Shown here: positions 1 through 9,789 of the stretch, piece by piece
How positions within the stretch are numbered: the stretch's first letter is position 1
Layout: each line of letters starts with the position of its first letter
Origin: an uncultured Clostridia bacterium
GTDB lineage: Bacteria > Bacillota > Clostridia > Oscillospirales > Acutalibacteraceae
Assembly (NCBI GenBank): GCA_946183545.1
Contig: CAMHCD010000001.1
Span: forward strand, 1-50,032
Direction of reading: 5' to 3'
Length of the DNA: 50,032 bases
Notes under the pieces: generated by a model
Database searches by the model: none
What the model was told of the DNA's origin: nothing
Seen by the model: only the letters and a program-made list of their open reading frames with translations
Program-made: the position numbers and the translations under genes

Positions 1-2
1 CG

Positions 3-914
3 CTTTACGGCATTGACACCACCTTCGTTGACATTCACAACCTCGATGAGGTCAAGGCGGCGATTCAGCCCAACACCAAGGCTATCTACATCGAGACTCT
101 CGGCAACCCCAACAGCGATATCCCCGACATTGACACGCTCGCCGAGATCGCTCACGCACACGGACTTCCGCTCGTTATTGACAACACCTTCGGCACTCCG
201 TATCTTATCAGACCGATCGAACACGGCGCAGACATCGTCGTTCACTCAGCGACTAAATTCATCGGCGGTCACGGCATCACCCTCGGCGGCGTTATCGTAG
301 ACGGCGGCACCTTTGACTGGGCAGCGTCGGGCAGATATCCGTGGATCTCCGAACCCAACCCCAGCTATCACGGCGTAAAGTTCACCGAAGCGGCAGGCAA
401 GGCGGCGTTTGCCACCTACATCCGCGCTATCCTGCTCAGAGACACAGGCTCCTGCATTTCTCCCTTTGCCGCTTTCCTGCTTCTGCAGGGAACCGAGACC
501 CTCTCGCTCAGACTCGAGCGCCACGTCGAGAACACAAAGAAGGTCATAAAATTCCTGAAAAACCATCCGCTGGTAGAGAACGTATATCATCCCTCGCTGC
601 ACGAACACCCCGACCACAAGCTGTACAAAAAGTATTTCCCCAACGGCGGCGGCTCCATCTTTACCTTTGACATCAAGGGCGGCAAGGAGGAAGCCTTCCG
701 CTTTATCGACGGGCTGAAAATCTTCTCGCTCCTCGCAAACGTAGCGGACGTTAAGTCTCTTGTTATCCACCCTGCCACCACCACCCACTCCCAGCTCACC
801 GACGAGGAGCTGGAAGCGGCGGGCATTCACCAAAACACCATCCGCCTGTCCATCGGAACAGAGCACATCGATGACATCATCGCCGATTTGGAAAACGGCT
901 TTAGCGCAGTATAA
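3..914 (+). CDS. metY: O-acetylhomoserine/O-acetylserine sulfhydrylase (MetY/Cys-Met metabolism PLP enzyme), 5'-truncated by window edge
   Basis: Not in the ORF track; my translation from nt 3 gives LYGIDTTFVD...IYIETLGNP...IDNTFGTP...HSATKFIGGHG (PLP Lys motif)...SLLANVADVKSLVIHPATTTH...IRLSIGTE; stop TAA at 912-914. Confidence 0.92.
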   Translation, partial: LYGIDTTFVDIHNLDEVKAAIQPNTKAIYIETLGNPNSDIPDIDTLAEIAHAHGLPLVIDNTFGTPYLIRPIEHGADIVVHSATKFIGGHGITLGGVIVDGGTFDWAASGRYPWISEPNPSYHGVKFTEAAGKAAFATYIRAILLRDTGSCISPFAAFLLLQGTETLSLRLERHVENTKKVIKFLKNHPLVENVYHPSLHEHPDHKLYKKYFPNGGGSIFTFDIKGGKEEAFRFIDGLKIFSLLANVADVKSLVIHPATTTHSQLTDEELEAAGIHQNTIRLSIGTEHIDDIIADLENGFSAV

Positions 915-933
915 CCTGCTTGACATATATTCT

Positions 934-970
934 GCCGGCGCAGTTTACTTAAAACGCGCCGGCTTTTTGT
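934..970 (+). terminator. Rho-independent terminator after metY
   Basis: GCCGGCGC (934-941)...GCGCCGGC (956-963) stem followed by TTTTTGT. Confidence 0.75.
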
Positions 971-980
971 TTCATACTTA

Positions 981-1009
981 TTGACAGACAGTACCCTATG
1001 TTATATAAT
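981..1009 (+). promoter_or_regulatory. Sigma-A promoter for the gshA-like operon
   Basis: TTGACA (981-986), 17 nt, TATAAT (1004-1009): perfect consensus. Confidence 0.85.
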
Positions 1010-1063
1010 TAACCTACTATGTCAGTAGCAAATATGACATTTTCGATGTTTGGAGGGAACGCA

Positions 1064-2281
1064 ATGCTTCTCGACCTAAGCAATTCACATATCAACCGCC
1101 TTGCGCGAACGGCGGAGTTCGGCGTTGAACGCGAGAGCCTTCGCCTTACCTCCGACGGCAGGCTTGCGCAGACAAAACACCCGTTTGACGGCAAGCCGTA
1201 CATAACACGCGATTTCTGCGAAAATCAGGTAGAGATGATAGGCGGCGTATTTACCGACCCCGACGAGGTAAACCTTCAGCTCGGCAACCTGCTCGACGAG
1301 ATCGACTCGAAGCTGATCGGGAACAACGAGCTGCTCTGGGCATTTTCAAATCCTCCTCGCTTTGACTCTGAGGACGAAATACCGATAGCCGAATTCTACG
1401 GCAGCCAGCGCGACAAGTCCGAATACCGTCACTATCTTGCGGAAAAATACGGCAAAACAAAAATGCTCTTTTCCGGTATTCACCTGAACATTTCCTTTAC
1501 CGAGAGCCTGCTCCAAGCCGCTTTTGAGGAAAGCGGCGAGGCGGTGTATACGAAGTTTAAAAATGATTTTTATCTGCGCCTTGCAAAACGCCTGACACAG
1601 TACGCGTGGCTGGCGGTTTTCCTGACCGCCGCAAGTCCCGTTGCGGACGCGTCACTCAAAATCAAAAGCAACGTCTACTCATCCATACGCTGCTCAGAAC
1701 ACGGCTACTGGAACGACTTTACGCCTATTCTCGACTATTCAAATCTAAAAAAATACGTAGGAAGCATTGGACGCTATATCCTAAAAGATAAACTAAAAGC
1801 CGCGTCCGAGCTGTATTATCCGGTCAGGCTCAAGCCGCGCGGCGCAAACAGCTTGGAAATGCTGTATCAAAACGGCGTAAATCACCTTGAACTGCGCGTT
1901 CTTGACGTAAATCCTCTGACGCGCACAGGTATTTTTACTGAGGATATCCGCTTTTTTCATCTGATCCTGCTTTGGCTTTGCAGCCTGACGGACTTCGACT
2001 TTGACGAAGAAACCCAGAGAAAGGCAATTGCGGACGTAAAAGCTGCCGCCGTTTTCGGAAATACGGAAATAAAGCGGAGAGCCAAGAAAGCTCTTGAAGA
2101 AATCAAAAGCTTTGCCGGGCAGTATTTTCCGAATTATCTTAATACCGTTGAATATCAGCTCAACAAGCTTATCGACGGCAACAGCTACGCCGAGATCGTC
2201 AGCCGCAAATTCAGCGAGGATTACATGGCAAAGGGCTTGGCGCTGGCACGCGCATATCAAAGAGGTGAGTCCGGTGTGTGA
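1064..2281 (+). CDS. gshA: Glutamate--cysteine ligase (GshA-like, resembles the N-terminal domain of GshF/GshAB)
   Basis: FGVERESLR, YITRDFCENQVE, SGIHLNISF, ELYYPVRLK, HLELRVLDVNP motifs; start moved to ATG 1064 behind GGAGG. Confidence 0.85.
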   Translation: MLLDLSNSHINRLARTAEFGVERESLRLTSDGRLAQTKHPFDGKPYITRDFCENQVEMIGGVFTDPDEVNLQLGNLLDEIDSKLIGNNELLWAFSNPPRFDSEDEIPIAEFYGSQRDKSEYRHYLAEKYGKTKMLFSGIHLNISFTESLLQAAFEESGEAVYTKFKNDFYLRLAKRLTQYAWLAVFLTAASPVADASLKIKSNVYSSIRCSEHGYWNDFTPILDYSNLKKYVGSIGRYILKDKLKAASELYYPVRLKPRGANSLEMLYQNGVNHLELRVLDVNPLTRTGIFTEDIRFFHLILLWLCSLTDFDFDEETQRKAIADVKAAAVFGNTEIKRRAKKALEEIKSFAGQYFPNYLNTVEYQLNKLIDGNSYAEIVSRKFSEDYMAKGLALARAYQRGESGV

Positions 2282-3047
2282 GTTGTTCGGTATTTCCGCC
2301 CAAAATGAATTTTACGCCAACGACTATCTCAAAGCCTTTTACCGCCGCAGCGACTATCACCCTCACGGTTGGGGCTTGGCATGTGCGTCGCGGCACAGCG
2401 CGCAGATAGAAAAGGAAAGCGTCAAGGCGTCCAAAAGCAACTATCTGCGCGAAAGGCTTTCGCAGCCCGTCACGGAAAGGCTCCTGCTCGCCCATATACG
2501 CTACGCTACCATAGGCAATGTTGAGTACAAAAACTGCCATCCGTTCACCGGCAAAGACTGCACGGGTCGGCACTGGACGCTGATCCACAACGGCACTATT
2601 TTTGATTATCCGGCGCTTAACCCGTATTTGAAAACGCAGAAGGGCGACACCGACAGCGAGCGCGTTTTTCTGTATCTGCTCGACAGTATAAACGAGGCTA
2701 CGCGTCAAAACGGCGCAACACTCAGGTTTGAGGAACGCTTTGCTATGCTTGATGCGATCATCTGCGATATGTCAAAGGGCAACAAGCTCAACCTGCTGTT
2801 CACCGACGGCAAGTATTTGTATGCCCACACCAACTGCAAGGGCACGTTGCATTATTTGGAAAAAAGCGGCGCGGCGCTGCTGTCTACCCTGCCGCTCAAT
2901 GAAGAAAACTGGCAGCCGGCTCCGTTCGGACAACTGCTTGCGTTTTGCAAGGGAAAACTGATCAAAGCCGGAACCGAGCATCATCATGAATATATTCACA
3001 GCGAGGAAGAAATGAAACTGCTGTATCAAATCTTCGCAAATCTGTAA
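2274..3047 (+). CDS. Class II glutamine amidotransferase / Ntn hydrolase (YafJ/EgtC/Dug3-like)
   Basis: GTG start at 2274 after GAGGTGA gives M-C-E-L-F-G (N-terminal nucleophile Cys); HPHGWG, AHIRYAT, NCHPF, HNGTI, GDTDSE motifs; overlaps the gshA stop. Confidence 0.88.
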   Translation: MCELFGISAQNEFYANDYLKAFYRRSDYHPHGWGLACASRHSAQIEKESVKASKSNYLRERLSQPVTERLLLAHIRYATIGNVEYKNCHPFTGKDCTGRHWTLIHNGTIFDYPALNPYLKTQKGDTDSERVFLYLLDSINEATRQNGATLRFEERFAMLDAIICDMSKGNKLNLLFTDGKYLYAHTNCKGTLHYLEKSGAALLSTLPLNEENWQPAPFGQLLAFCKGKLIKAGTEHHHEYIHSEEEMKLLYQIFANL

Positions 3048-3058
3048 AGGATAACAGT

Positions 3059-3976
3059 ATGAACATAATTGACATTCAAAACGAAATCATCCGTCTTAAA
3101 AAGGAAAAGGACGTTTGTATTCTTGCTCACAGCTATCAGGCAAAGGAGATTTTGGAGGTTGCCGATTTTACAGGCGACAGCTACAAGCTCAGCGTTGACG
3201 CTTCCAAGGTGAGCAATCAAAACATAGTAATGAGCGGCGTGCGCTTTATGGCGGAAACCTGCAAGCTGCTCTCTCCCGATAAGCGCGTGTTTTTGCCAAA
3301 TCCCGACGCAGGCTGTTCCATGGCAGACCAAATGGACAGAGAACTGGTGGAACAGATGAAGGAGCGCCTGCCCGGTTACACGGTCGTTGCTTACATCAAC
3401 ACCACTGCCGACTTAAAAACCGTCTGCGACGTTTGCGTCACCTCGTCGTCGGCTGTTGAGATCTGCCGTAAGATAAATAATGACAAAATCCTCTTTATCC
3501 CGGACTGCAACCTCGGCGCTTATGTAGCTGCGCAAATACCCGAAAAGGAGTTCAAGCTCGTTTCCGGCGGCTGTCCCATCCACGCCTGCGTCAACGCGGA
3601 TGATGTTAAAAAGGCAAAAGCGCTCCACCCCGGAGCAGAGCTGCTCGTTCATCCCGAATGTACGCCTGCTGTCTGCGACTTGGCGGACTATATCGGCTCA
3701 ACCTCGGGCATTATGAAATACGCCGTTCAGTCGGATAAAAAAGAGTTTATCATCGGCACAGAAATAAGTATACAGGAGCATTTGCAGTATCAATGCCCCG
3801 ACAAGCGGTTCTATTACCTGACGCAAAAGCTGATTTGTCCCAATATGAAGTCAACTACGCTTATAGACCTTTACAACTGCGTTGCCGGCAAAAGCGGCGA
3901 GGAGATTCTGCTCGACGGCGACACGATCACAAAAGCAAGAAAATGCATTGACGAGATGATTCGGCTGGGAAGCTGA
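3059..3976 (+). CDS. nadA: Quinolinate synthase A ([4Fe-4S])
   Basis: LAHSYQ, GDS, GVRFMAE, three cluster Cys in AGCSMAD / GGCPIH / LICPNMK, HPEC, GSTSG. Confidence 0.93.
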   Translation: MNIIDIQNEIIRLKKEKDVCILAHSYQAKEILEVADFTGDSYKLSVDASKVSNQNIVMSGVRFMAETCKLLSPDKRVFLPNPDAGCSMADQMDRELVEQMKERLPGYTVVAYINTTADLKTVCDVCVTSSSAVEICRKINNDKILFIPDCNLGAYVAAQIPEKEFKLVSGGCPIHACVNADDVKKAKALHPGAELLVHPECTPAVCDLADYIGSTSGIMKYAVQSDKKEFIIGTEISIQEHLQYQCPDKRFYYLTQKLICPNMKSTTLIDLYNCVAGKSGEEILLDGDTITKARKCIDEMIRLGS

Positions 3977-3991
3977 GAAAGGAACGTTTTC

Positions 3992-4948
3992 ATGGCTGAT
4001 ATACAATCCAAAATAACCGGGCTGACCGACAAGCTGATGGAAGACTACGGCAAGGGCAGGGTCATTGACGAGATCAAGATGTTTGCCTATCCCGACAGGG
4101 ACATCATTATCGACATTCTTGAAAAGCTGAAAATCGTCATCTATCCCGGCTATCACCGCAACAGCAACTACCGCACCTATACGGTCAAAAATAACATTTC
4201 CATTCTGCTTGAGGATATCATTTACAACCTGAAAAAGCAGACGGCTATAGTGCTGAAATACGCTCCGGAATATCGTGACGCAGACGACGGTACTATCGCC
4301 GGTGAGTCCGAACGGATAACCTTTGAATTCCTCGACAAGCTCCCGAAAATACGCGAGTATATCGAGACCGATATCCAGGCTTTTTATGACGGAGACCCCG
4401 CCGCCTATAACAAGGACGAGATCATCTGCACCTATCCCGGCTTATACGCTATTTTTACCGCACGAATTGCGCATGAGCTGTTTTTGCTCGGCGTGCCGCT
4501 GATTCCGCGCATTATGACCGAGCACGCCCACAGCCTGACGGGGATAGACATCCACCCCGGCACGACAATCGGCAAATACTTCTTTATTGACCACGGCACG
4601 GGCATAGTTATCGGCGAAACGACCGTCATAGGCAACAACGTAAAGATATATCAGGGCGTCACCCTCGGCGCGCTGTCCACAAGAGGCGGTCAGAACCTGC
4701 GCGGCAAAAAGCGCCACCCGACCATTCATGACAACGTAACTATCTACTCCGGCGCGTCTATTCTGGGCGGCGACACGGTTATCGGAAAAAATGTCGTCAT
4801 CGGCGGCAACGCCTTCATAACAAGCTCTGTTCCCGAGGGCGCAAGGGTAAGCGTAAAAAGTCAGGAGCTGACGTACAACTACGACTCCAAACATCCCGTG
4901 GAGCGCAAGGAGATAGAATTGGATGAAGCGTGGTTTTATATGATTTAA
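3992..4948 (+). CDS. cysE: Serine O-acetyltransferase (long CysE/EpsC type)
   Basis: GDPAA, YPG, TGIDIHPG, FFIDHGTG, YQGVTLG, KRHPT and hexapeptide repeats. Confidence 0.92.
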   Translation: MADIQSKITGLTDKLMEDYGKGRVIDEIKMFAYPDRDIIIDILEKLKIVIYPGYHRNSNYRTYTVKNNISILLEDIIYNLKKQTAIVLKYAPEYRDADDGTIAGESERITFEFLDKLPKIREYIETDIQAFYDGDPAAYNKDEIICTYPGLYAIFTARIAHELFLLGVPLIPRIMTEHAHSLTGIDIHPGTTIGKYFFIDHGTGIVIGETTVIGNNVKIYQGVTLGALSTRGGQNLRGKKRHPTIHDNVTIYSGASILGGDTVIGKNVVIGGNAFITSSVPEGARVSVKSQELTYNYDSKHPVERKEIELDEAWFYMI

Positions 4949-4979
4949 GACTAATGAAAAAACAATTCTGAATTTTCTA

Positions 4980-5008
4980 TTGACAAAACCCTTTTGGCAT
5001 GATATAAT
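4980..5008 (+). promoter_or_regulatory. Sigma-A promoter of the trp leader
   Basis: TTGACA (4980-4985), 17 nt, TATAAT (5003-5008) with extended -10 TG. Confidence 0.85.
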
Positions 5009-5034
5009 CCAGATAATTTCATATACTAACTATT

Positions 5035-5310
5035 TAAACCGTTGAAGCGGAGATAACGGCAATGATGCCTCTACAGAGAGCCCGCGGCGCTGAGAGCCGG
5101 GTGAGAAACAAGTTGTCAAATGGACCGCTGAGGGCGCAGTCAAACGGGAGCTTCCCGGAGTATTCTGCGACGTTGCAGGCAGACGTCATTTGCCGGGGAT
5201 ATGTTGGTATCCTGCTAAGCGCACGGGCAACCGTGAATTAAGGTGGCACCGCGGATAATTTGTTTATTCGTCCTTAACAGATTCTTGTATTCTGTTAAGG
5301 ACTTTTTTAT
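5035..5310 (+). ncRNA. Tryptophan T-box riboswitch leader
   Basis: Stem I base AGCGG/CCGCT, AGAGA and GCTGAG motifs, specifier codon TGG (Trp) at 5121-5123, T-box AATTAAGGTGGCACCGCG at 5236-5253, then terminator; directly upstream of trpE. Confidence 0.93.
5270..5310 (+). terminator. T-box attenuator terminator
   Basis: GTCCTTAACAGA (5270-5281) / TCTGTTAAGGAC (5291-5302) 12-bp stem plus T6. Confidence 0.88.
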
Positions 5311-5329
5311 TTTGTCAGGAGGTATACAT

Positions 5330-6793
5330 ATGAAGGTCTTTCCATCGCTTGAAGCCGCAAAGGAGATCGCGGCAAAGGGTGATTATGATGTTCTGCCGCT
5401 CAGCTGCGAGATACTGTCGGACTTTACAACTCCGATCGAAACCATGCGGATCTTAAAGTCGGTTTCTACCCACTGCTACATGCTTGAATCCGCGCAGGCA
5501 AATGACCGATGGGGTCGCTACACCTTTTTAGGCTTTGACCCCAAAATGGAGATCACCTGCATTGACGGCTTTATGAAGGCGGGCGACGTTGAAATAAAAA
5601 CCGATGATCCCTCCGCGTATCTGCGGCAGATTTTGTCAAAGTATAAAAGCCCGCGTTTTGATGAGCTTCCCCCCTTTACCGGCGGCTTGGTCGGGTACTT
5701 TTCATACGATTACCTGGGCTACAACGAGCCGCGGGTACGCTGCAGGGTCGAGGACAGCGAGGAATTCAAGGACGTTGACCTGATGCTGTTTGACAAGGTC
5801 ATCGCCTTTGACAACGTAAGACAAAAAATCATACTTATCGTAAACATGAAGCTCGGCGATATCGAGGTCGGCTACAACAAGGCTTGCTCGGAGCTCAAAC
5901 AGCTTGTTGATCTGCTTAAAAACGGTGTAAAAAAAGCAGAGCCTGCCGGAAAGCTGACCGGCGAGGTGACCGCTCTGTTTGACAGAAAACAATACTGCGA
6001 TATGGTCGAGCGCGCAAAAAGGCATATATTTGAGGGCGATATCTTTCAGATCGTACTGTCCAACCGCCTGAGCGCGCCGTTTGAGGGAAGCCTGCTTAAC
6101 ACCTACCGCGTGCTGAGAACAATCAATCCATCGCCGTATATGTTCTATTTTTCCGGTACGGATGTTGAGGTAGCCGGAGCCTCGCCCGAAACTCTGGTAA
6201 AGCTGGAGGACGGTATCCTTCACACCTTTCCGTTGGCCGGCACCCGACCGCGCGGCAAGACGGAACGCGAGGACGAGGAGCTGGAGCGTGAGCTTTTGGC
6301 TGACGAAAAAGAGCTTGCCGAGCATAATATGCTGGTCGATTTAGGGCGCAACGACCTTGGAAAGATAAGCAAATTCGGCACGGTAGAGGTTGAAAAGCTT
6401 CACTCTGTTGAGCGTTTTTCGCACGTTATGCACATCGGCTCCACGGTACGCGGAGAGATCCGCGACGACAAAGACGCGCTCGACGCTATCGAGGCTGTCC
6501 TCCCTGCCGGCACACTGTCCGGAGCTCCCAAAATACGCGCGTGTCAGCTTATAGGCGAGCTTGAAAACAACAAGCGCGGCATCTACGGCGGAGCTATCGG
6601 TTATATCGACTTTACAGGAAACATGGACACCTGCATAGCCATTCGTATCGCGTACAAAAAGAACGGCAAGGTGTTTGTAAGGAGCGGCGCCGGGATCGTT
6701 GCGGATTCCGACCCCGACAAGGAATTTGAGGAATGTCTTAACAAGGCACGCGCCTCGCTTAAGGCGCTGCAGCTTGCGCAGGAGGCAGAATGA
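5330..6793 (+). CDS. trpE: Anthranilate synthase component I
   Basis: LES, FTGGLVGYFSYD, GDIFQIVLS, NPSPYM, PLAGTRPRG, KELAEHNMLVDLGRND, PAGTLSGAPK; start ATG 5330 after AGGAGG (track start lies inside the T-box). Confidence 0.96.
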   Translation: MKVFPSLEAAKEIAAKGDYDVLPLSCEILSDFTTPIETMRILKSVSTHCYMLESAQANDRWGRYTFLGFDPKMEITCIDGFMKAGDVEIKTDDPSAYLRQILSKYKSPRFDELPPFTGGLVGYFSYDYLGYNEPRVRCRVEDSEEFKDVDLMLFDKVIAFDNVRQKIILIVNMKLGDIEVGYNKACSELKQLVDLLKNGVKKAEPAGKLTGEVTALFDRKQYCDMVERAKRHIFEGDIFQIVLSNRLSAPFEGSLLNTYRVLRTINPSPYMFYFSGTDVEVAGASPETLVKLEDGILHTFPLAGTRPRGKTEREDEELERELLADEKELAEHNMLVDLGRNDLGKISKFGTVEVEKLHSVERFSHVMHIGSTVRGEIRDDKDALDAIEAVLPAGTLSGAPKIRACQLIGELENNKRGIYGGAIGYIDFTGNMDTCIAIRIAYKKNGKVFVRSGAGIVADSDPDKEFEECLNKARASLKALQLAQEAE

Positions 6794-7380
6794 TGGTACT
6801 ACTGATTGACAACTACGACAGTTTTTCATATAACCTCTACCAATACATCGGTGAGATAGAGCCTGACATCAAAGTCATACGCAACGACGAGCTGACGGTT
6901 GAGGAGATCCGCAAGCTGGAGCCCGACCGGATCATCCTTTCGCCGGGTCCCGGAAGACCCGAGGACGCCGGCGTTATCATAGAAGTCGTTCAAAAACTCG
7001 GAGCGGAGATCCCGATTTTGGGAGTTTGCCTCGGCCATCAGGCGATATGCGCGGCTTACGGCGCGACCGTGACCTATGCAAAGCAGCTTATGCACGGCAA
7101 GCAAAGCAAGGTCAGCTTTGTGCCTGAATGTCCTCTGTTTTGCGGTTGCCCGGAGCATGCGCCGGTTGCGCGTTATCATTCGCTTGCCGCCGACGCAAGC
7201 ACTATCCCGGACTGCCTGCAAGTGACAGCGGAAACTGACGACGGAGAGGTAATGGCGGTTCAACACAGAGAATATCCGGTTTTCGGCGTACAGTTCCATC
7301 CCGAATCCATAATGACGCCGGACGGAAAAACAATGCTTAAAAACTATATAAAAGGGTTACAGAGAGGAAGAAAACTATGA
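6790..7380 (+). CDS. trpG: Anthranilate synthase component II (class I GATase)
   Basis: IDNYDSF, LSPGPG, GVCLGHQ, RYHSL, QFHPES. Confidence 0.96.
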   Translation: MMVLLIDNYDSFSYNLYQYIGEIEPDIKVIRNDELTVEEIRKLEPDRIILSPGPGRPEDAGVIIEVVQKLGAEIPILGVCLGHQAICAAYGATVTYAKQLMHGKQSKVSFVPECPLFCGCPEHAPVARYHSLAADASTIPDCLQVTAETDDGEVMAVQHREYPVFGVQFHPESIMTPDGKTMLKNYIKGLQRGRKL

Positions 7381-8402
7381 TCAAGGAAGCAATCGTTAAA
7401 ATCGTAAACAAAGAGGATCTTAGCTACAGCGAGGCATACGCCGTAATGAACGAGATAATGAGCGGCGAAACTACTCCCACTCAAAACGCGGCGTTTTTAT
7501 CCGCGCTGTCAACCAAGAGCGCAAAGGCGGAAACCACCGACGAGATCGCAGGCTGTGCCGCTGCCATGCGCGACCACGCCACAAAGGTAGAAACCGACAT
7601 GGATGTTTTTGAGATCGTCGGCACAGGCGGCGACAACGCGCAGAGCTTCAATATTTCGACCACCTCCGCTTTGATCGCGGCAGCAGGCGGAATGAAGGTT
7701 TCAAAGCACGGCAACCGCGCGGCGTCATCCAGCAGCGGAACGGCGGATTGTCTGGAAGCCCTCGGCGTGAACATCAACCAGAGCCCCGAACGCTGCATAG
7801 AGCTGTTGAACGAGGTCGGCATGTGCTTCTTCTTTGCTCAAAAATACCACAGCTCCATGAGATACGTCGGAGCCATTCGCCGCGAGCTCGGTTTCCGCAC
7901 GGTGTTCAACATCCTCGGACCGCTTACAAACCCTGCCTCGCCGTCCATGCAGCTGCTCGGCGTATATGACGAATATCTGGTCGAGCCGCTGGCTCAGGTT
8001 CTGATCAACCTCGGCGTCAAGCGCGGAATGGTCGTTTACGGCACCGACAAGCTCGACGAGATCTCACTAAGCGCACCGACAAAGATCTGTGAGATAAAGG
8101 ACGGTTGGTTCAAGTCCTATGTGATCAAGCCCGAGGATTTCGGCTTTGAACGCTGCGCCAAAGACGACCTCAAGGGCGGCACTCCCTCCGAGAACGCTCA
8201 GATCACGCGCGACATCCTCTCCGGCAAGCAGGGTCACAAGCGCAACGCGACTCTTCTTAACGCAGGCGCGGCACTGTATATCGGCGGAAAGGCTGACAGC
8301 ATGAAGGACGGCATAAAGCTCGCTTCCGAGCTGATCGACTCCGGCAAGGCGCTTGAAACACTTGAAAAGCTGATCGAGGTCAGCAACCGTGCCGAGGCGT
8401 AA
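7377..8402 (+). CDS. trpD: Anthranilate phosphoribosyltransferase
   Basis: [32 protein letters not shown]. Confidence 0.96.
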   Translation: MIKEAIVKIVNKEDLSYSEAYAVMNEIMSGETTPTQNAAFLSALSTKSAKAETTDEIAGCAAAMRDHATKVETDMDVFEIVGTGGDNAQSFNISTTSALIAAAGGMKVSKHGNRAASSSSGTADCLEALGVNINQSPERCIELLNEVGMCFFFAQKYHSSMRYVGAIRRELGFRTVFNILGPLTNPASPSMQLLGVYDEYLVEPLAQVLINLGVKRGMVVYGTDKLDEISLSAPTKICEIKDGWFKSYVIKPEDFGFERCAKDDLKGGTPSENAQITRDILSGKQGHKRNATLLNAGAALYIGGKADSMKDGIKLASELIDSGKALETLEKLIEVSNRAEA

Positions 8403-8405
8403 GAA

Positions 8406-9188
8406 ATGAATATTTTAGATCAACTTGCCGAGCACGCCCGTCATCGGGTGGCTGAGGCAAAGAAAAATAATTCCGTTGAAGAAATAAAAGCTAAAGCTTT
8501 CGCGCTGCCAAAGGGCAACTTTTCCTTTGAAAACGCATTGAAAAAGCCCGATATCGCCTTTATCTGCGAATGCAAAAAAGCGTCGCCCTCAAAGGGTCTG
8601 ATAGCTCCCGACTTCCCCTATCTGCAAATAGCAAAGGACTATGAAGCGGCAGGCGCGGACTGCATATCTGTGCTGACAGAACCAAAGTGGTTCCTCGGCA
8701 GCGGAGATTACCTAAAAGAAATAGCGCATAGCGTATCCGTGCCCTGTCTGCGCAAGGACTTTACCGTGGACGAGTACATGATATACGAAGCCAAGCTTTT
8801 GGGCGCGTCGGCTGTGCTGCTTATAGTCGCTATTCTGACCGACGCGCAGCTTACGGAATACATAAAAATATGTGACACACTCGGCATGTCGGCTCTGGTT
8901 GAAGCGCACGATGAAGCAGAGGTTCGCAGAGCGCTGAACGCCGGCGCGCGTATAGTCGGCGTTAACAACCGAAACCTAAAGGATTTTTCGGTGGACACCG
9001 AAAACAGTCTGCGGCTTAGAGAGATCATTCCGCAGGACGTGATCTTTGTTTCCGAAAGCGGCGTAAAAACTGCCGGAGATATCGAAAGGCTCAGAAAAAG
9101 CGGCGTGGACGCGGTATTGATAGGCGAAGCGCTGATGAAGGCTCCCGATAAAAAAGAAAAACTAAATGAACTGAGGGGTATAACATGA
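8406..9188 (+). CDS. trpC: Indole-3-glycerol phosphate synthase
   Basis: ECKKASPSKG, ISVLTE, LRKDF, GVNNRNL, VSESG. Confidence 0.96.
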   Translation: MNILDQLAEHARHRVAEAKKNNSVEEIKAKAFALPKGNFSFENALKKPDIAFICECKKASPSKGLIAPDFPYLQIAKDYEAAGADCISVLTEPKWFLGSGDYLKEIAHSVSVPCLRKDFTVDEYMIYEAKLLGASAVLLIVAILTDAQLTEYIKICDTLGMSALVEAHDEAEVRRALNAGARIVGVNNRNLKDFSVDTENSLRLREIIPQDVIFVSESGVKTAGDIERLRKSGVDAVLIGEALMKAPDKKEKLNELRGIT

Positions 9189-9787
9189 CAAAGATAAAAC
9201 TGTGCGGACTTTCGCGCATGCAGGATATTGAAACGGCAAATCAACTCAAGCCCGACTTCATCGGCTTTGTGTTTGCTCAAAAGAGCAAGCGCCGCGTCTC
9301 TCACCTTAAGGCGACAGAGCTCAAAGGCAAGCTTGACCCTGCCGTAAAAGCGGTAGGGGTGTTCCTCGACGACGACCTTGATATGGTCGGAGCGCTTATG
9401 AACCTCGGCATAGTCGACATGGTACAGCTGCACGGCAGCGAAGATGAGGAGTATATCTCTAAGCTCCGCACTATCACCGACAAGCCGATAATAAAGGCGT
9501 TTATCATCAACAGCGCCGAGGACGTTAAGCGCGCCGAAAGCAGCACCGCCGACTACATCCTGCTTGACGGCGGCAAGGGCAGCGGCAAGGCGTTTGACTG
9601 GACTCTGCTTAAGGACATAAAAAGACCGTATTTTCTTGCCGGAGGGCTAAACCCGAACAACGCCGCCGACGCGGTGGCAAGCCTCAAACCCTACGCCGTT
9701 GACGTAAGCACGGGTATTGAAACAGACGGCATCAAGGACGCGGAAAAAATGACAGCGTTTGTTAGCGCTGTCAGAAAGGAAGCCTGA
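9185..9787 (+). CDS. trpF: Phosphoribosylanthranilate isomerase
   Basis: [33 protein letters not shown]. Confidence 0.95.
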   Translation: MTKIKLCGLSRMQDIETANQLKPDFIGFVFAQKSKRRVSHLKATELKGKLDPAVKAVGVFLDDDLDMVGALMNLGIVDMVQLHGSEDEEYISKLRTITDKPIIKAFIINSAEDVKRAESSTADYILLDGGKGSGKAFDWTLLKDIKRPYFLAGGLNPNNAADAVASLKPYAVDVSTGIETDGIKDAEKMTAFVSAVRKEA

Positions 9788-9789
9788 AT

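Noticed and set aside
246-926. 226-aa minus-strand ORF and other long antisense ORFs (e.g. 33615-34616, 26394-27224, 47417-48229)
   Set aside because: They lie opposite well-supported genes and show no recognisable motifs; consistent with codon-bias shadow ORFs
1064-3047. Ergothioneine or glutathione biosynthesis cluster
   Set aside because: No EgtB/EgtD/EgtE or glutathione synthetase (ATP-grasp) domain in the window; only the ligase/amidohydrolase pair is present
5243-5329. N-terminal extension of trpE or a leader peptide
   Set aside because: The track start lies inside the T-box motif and terminator; the real RBS (AGGAGG) precedes ATG 5330
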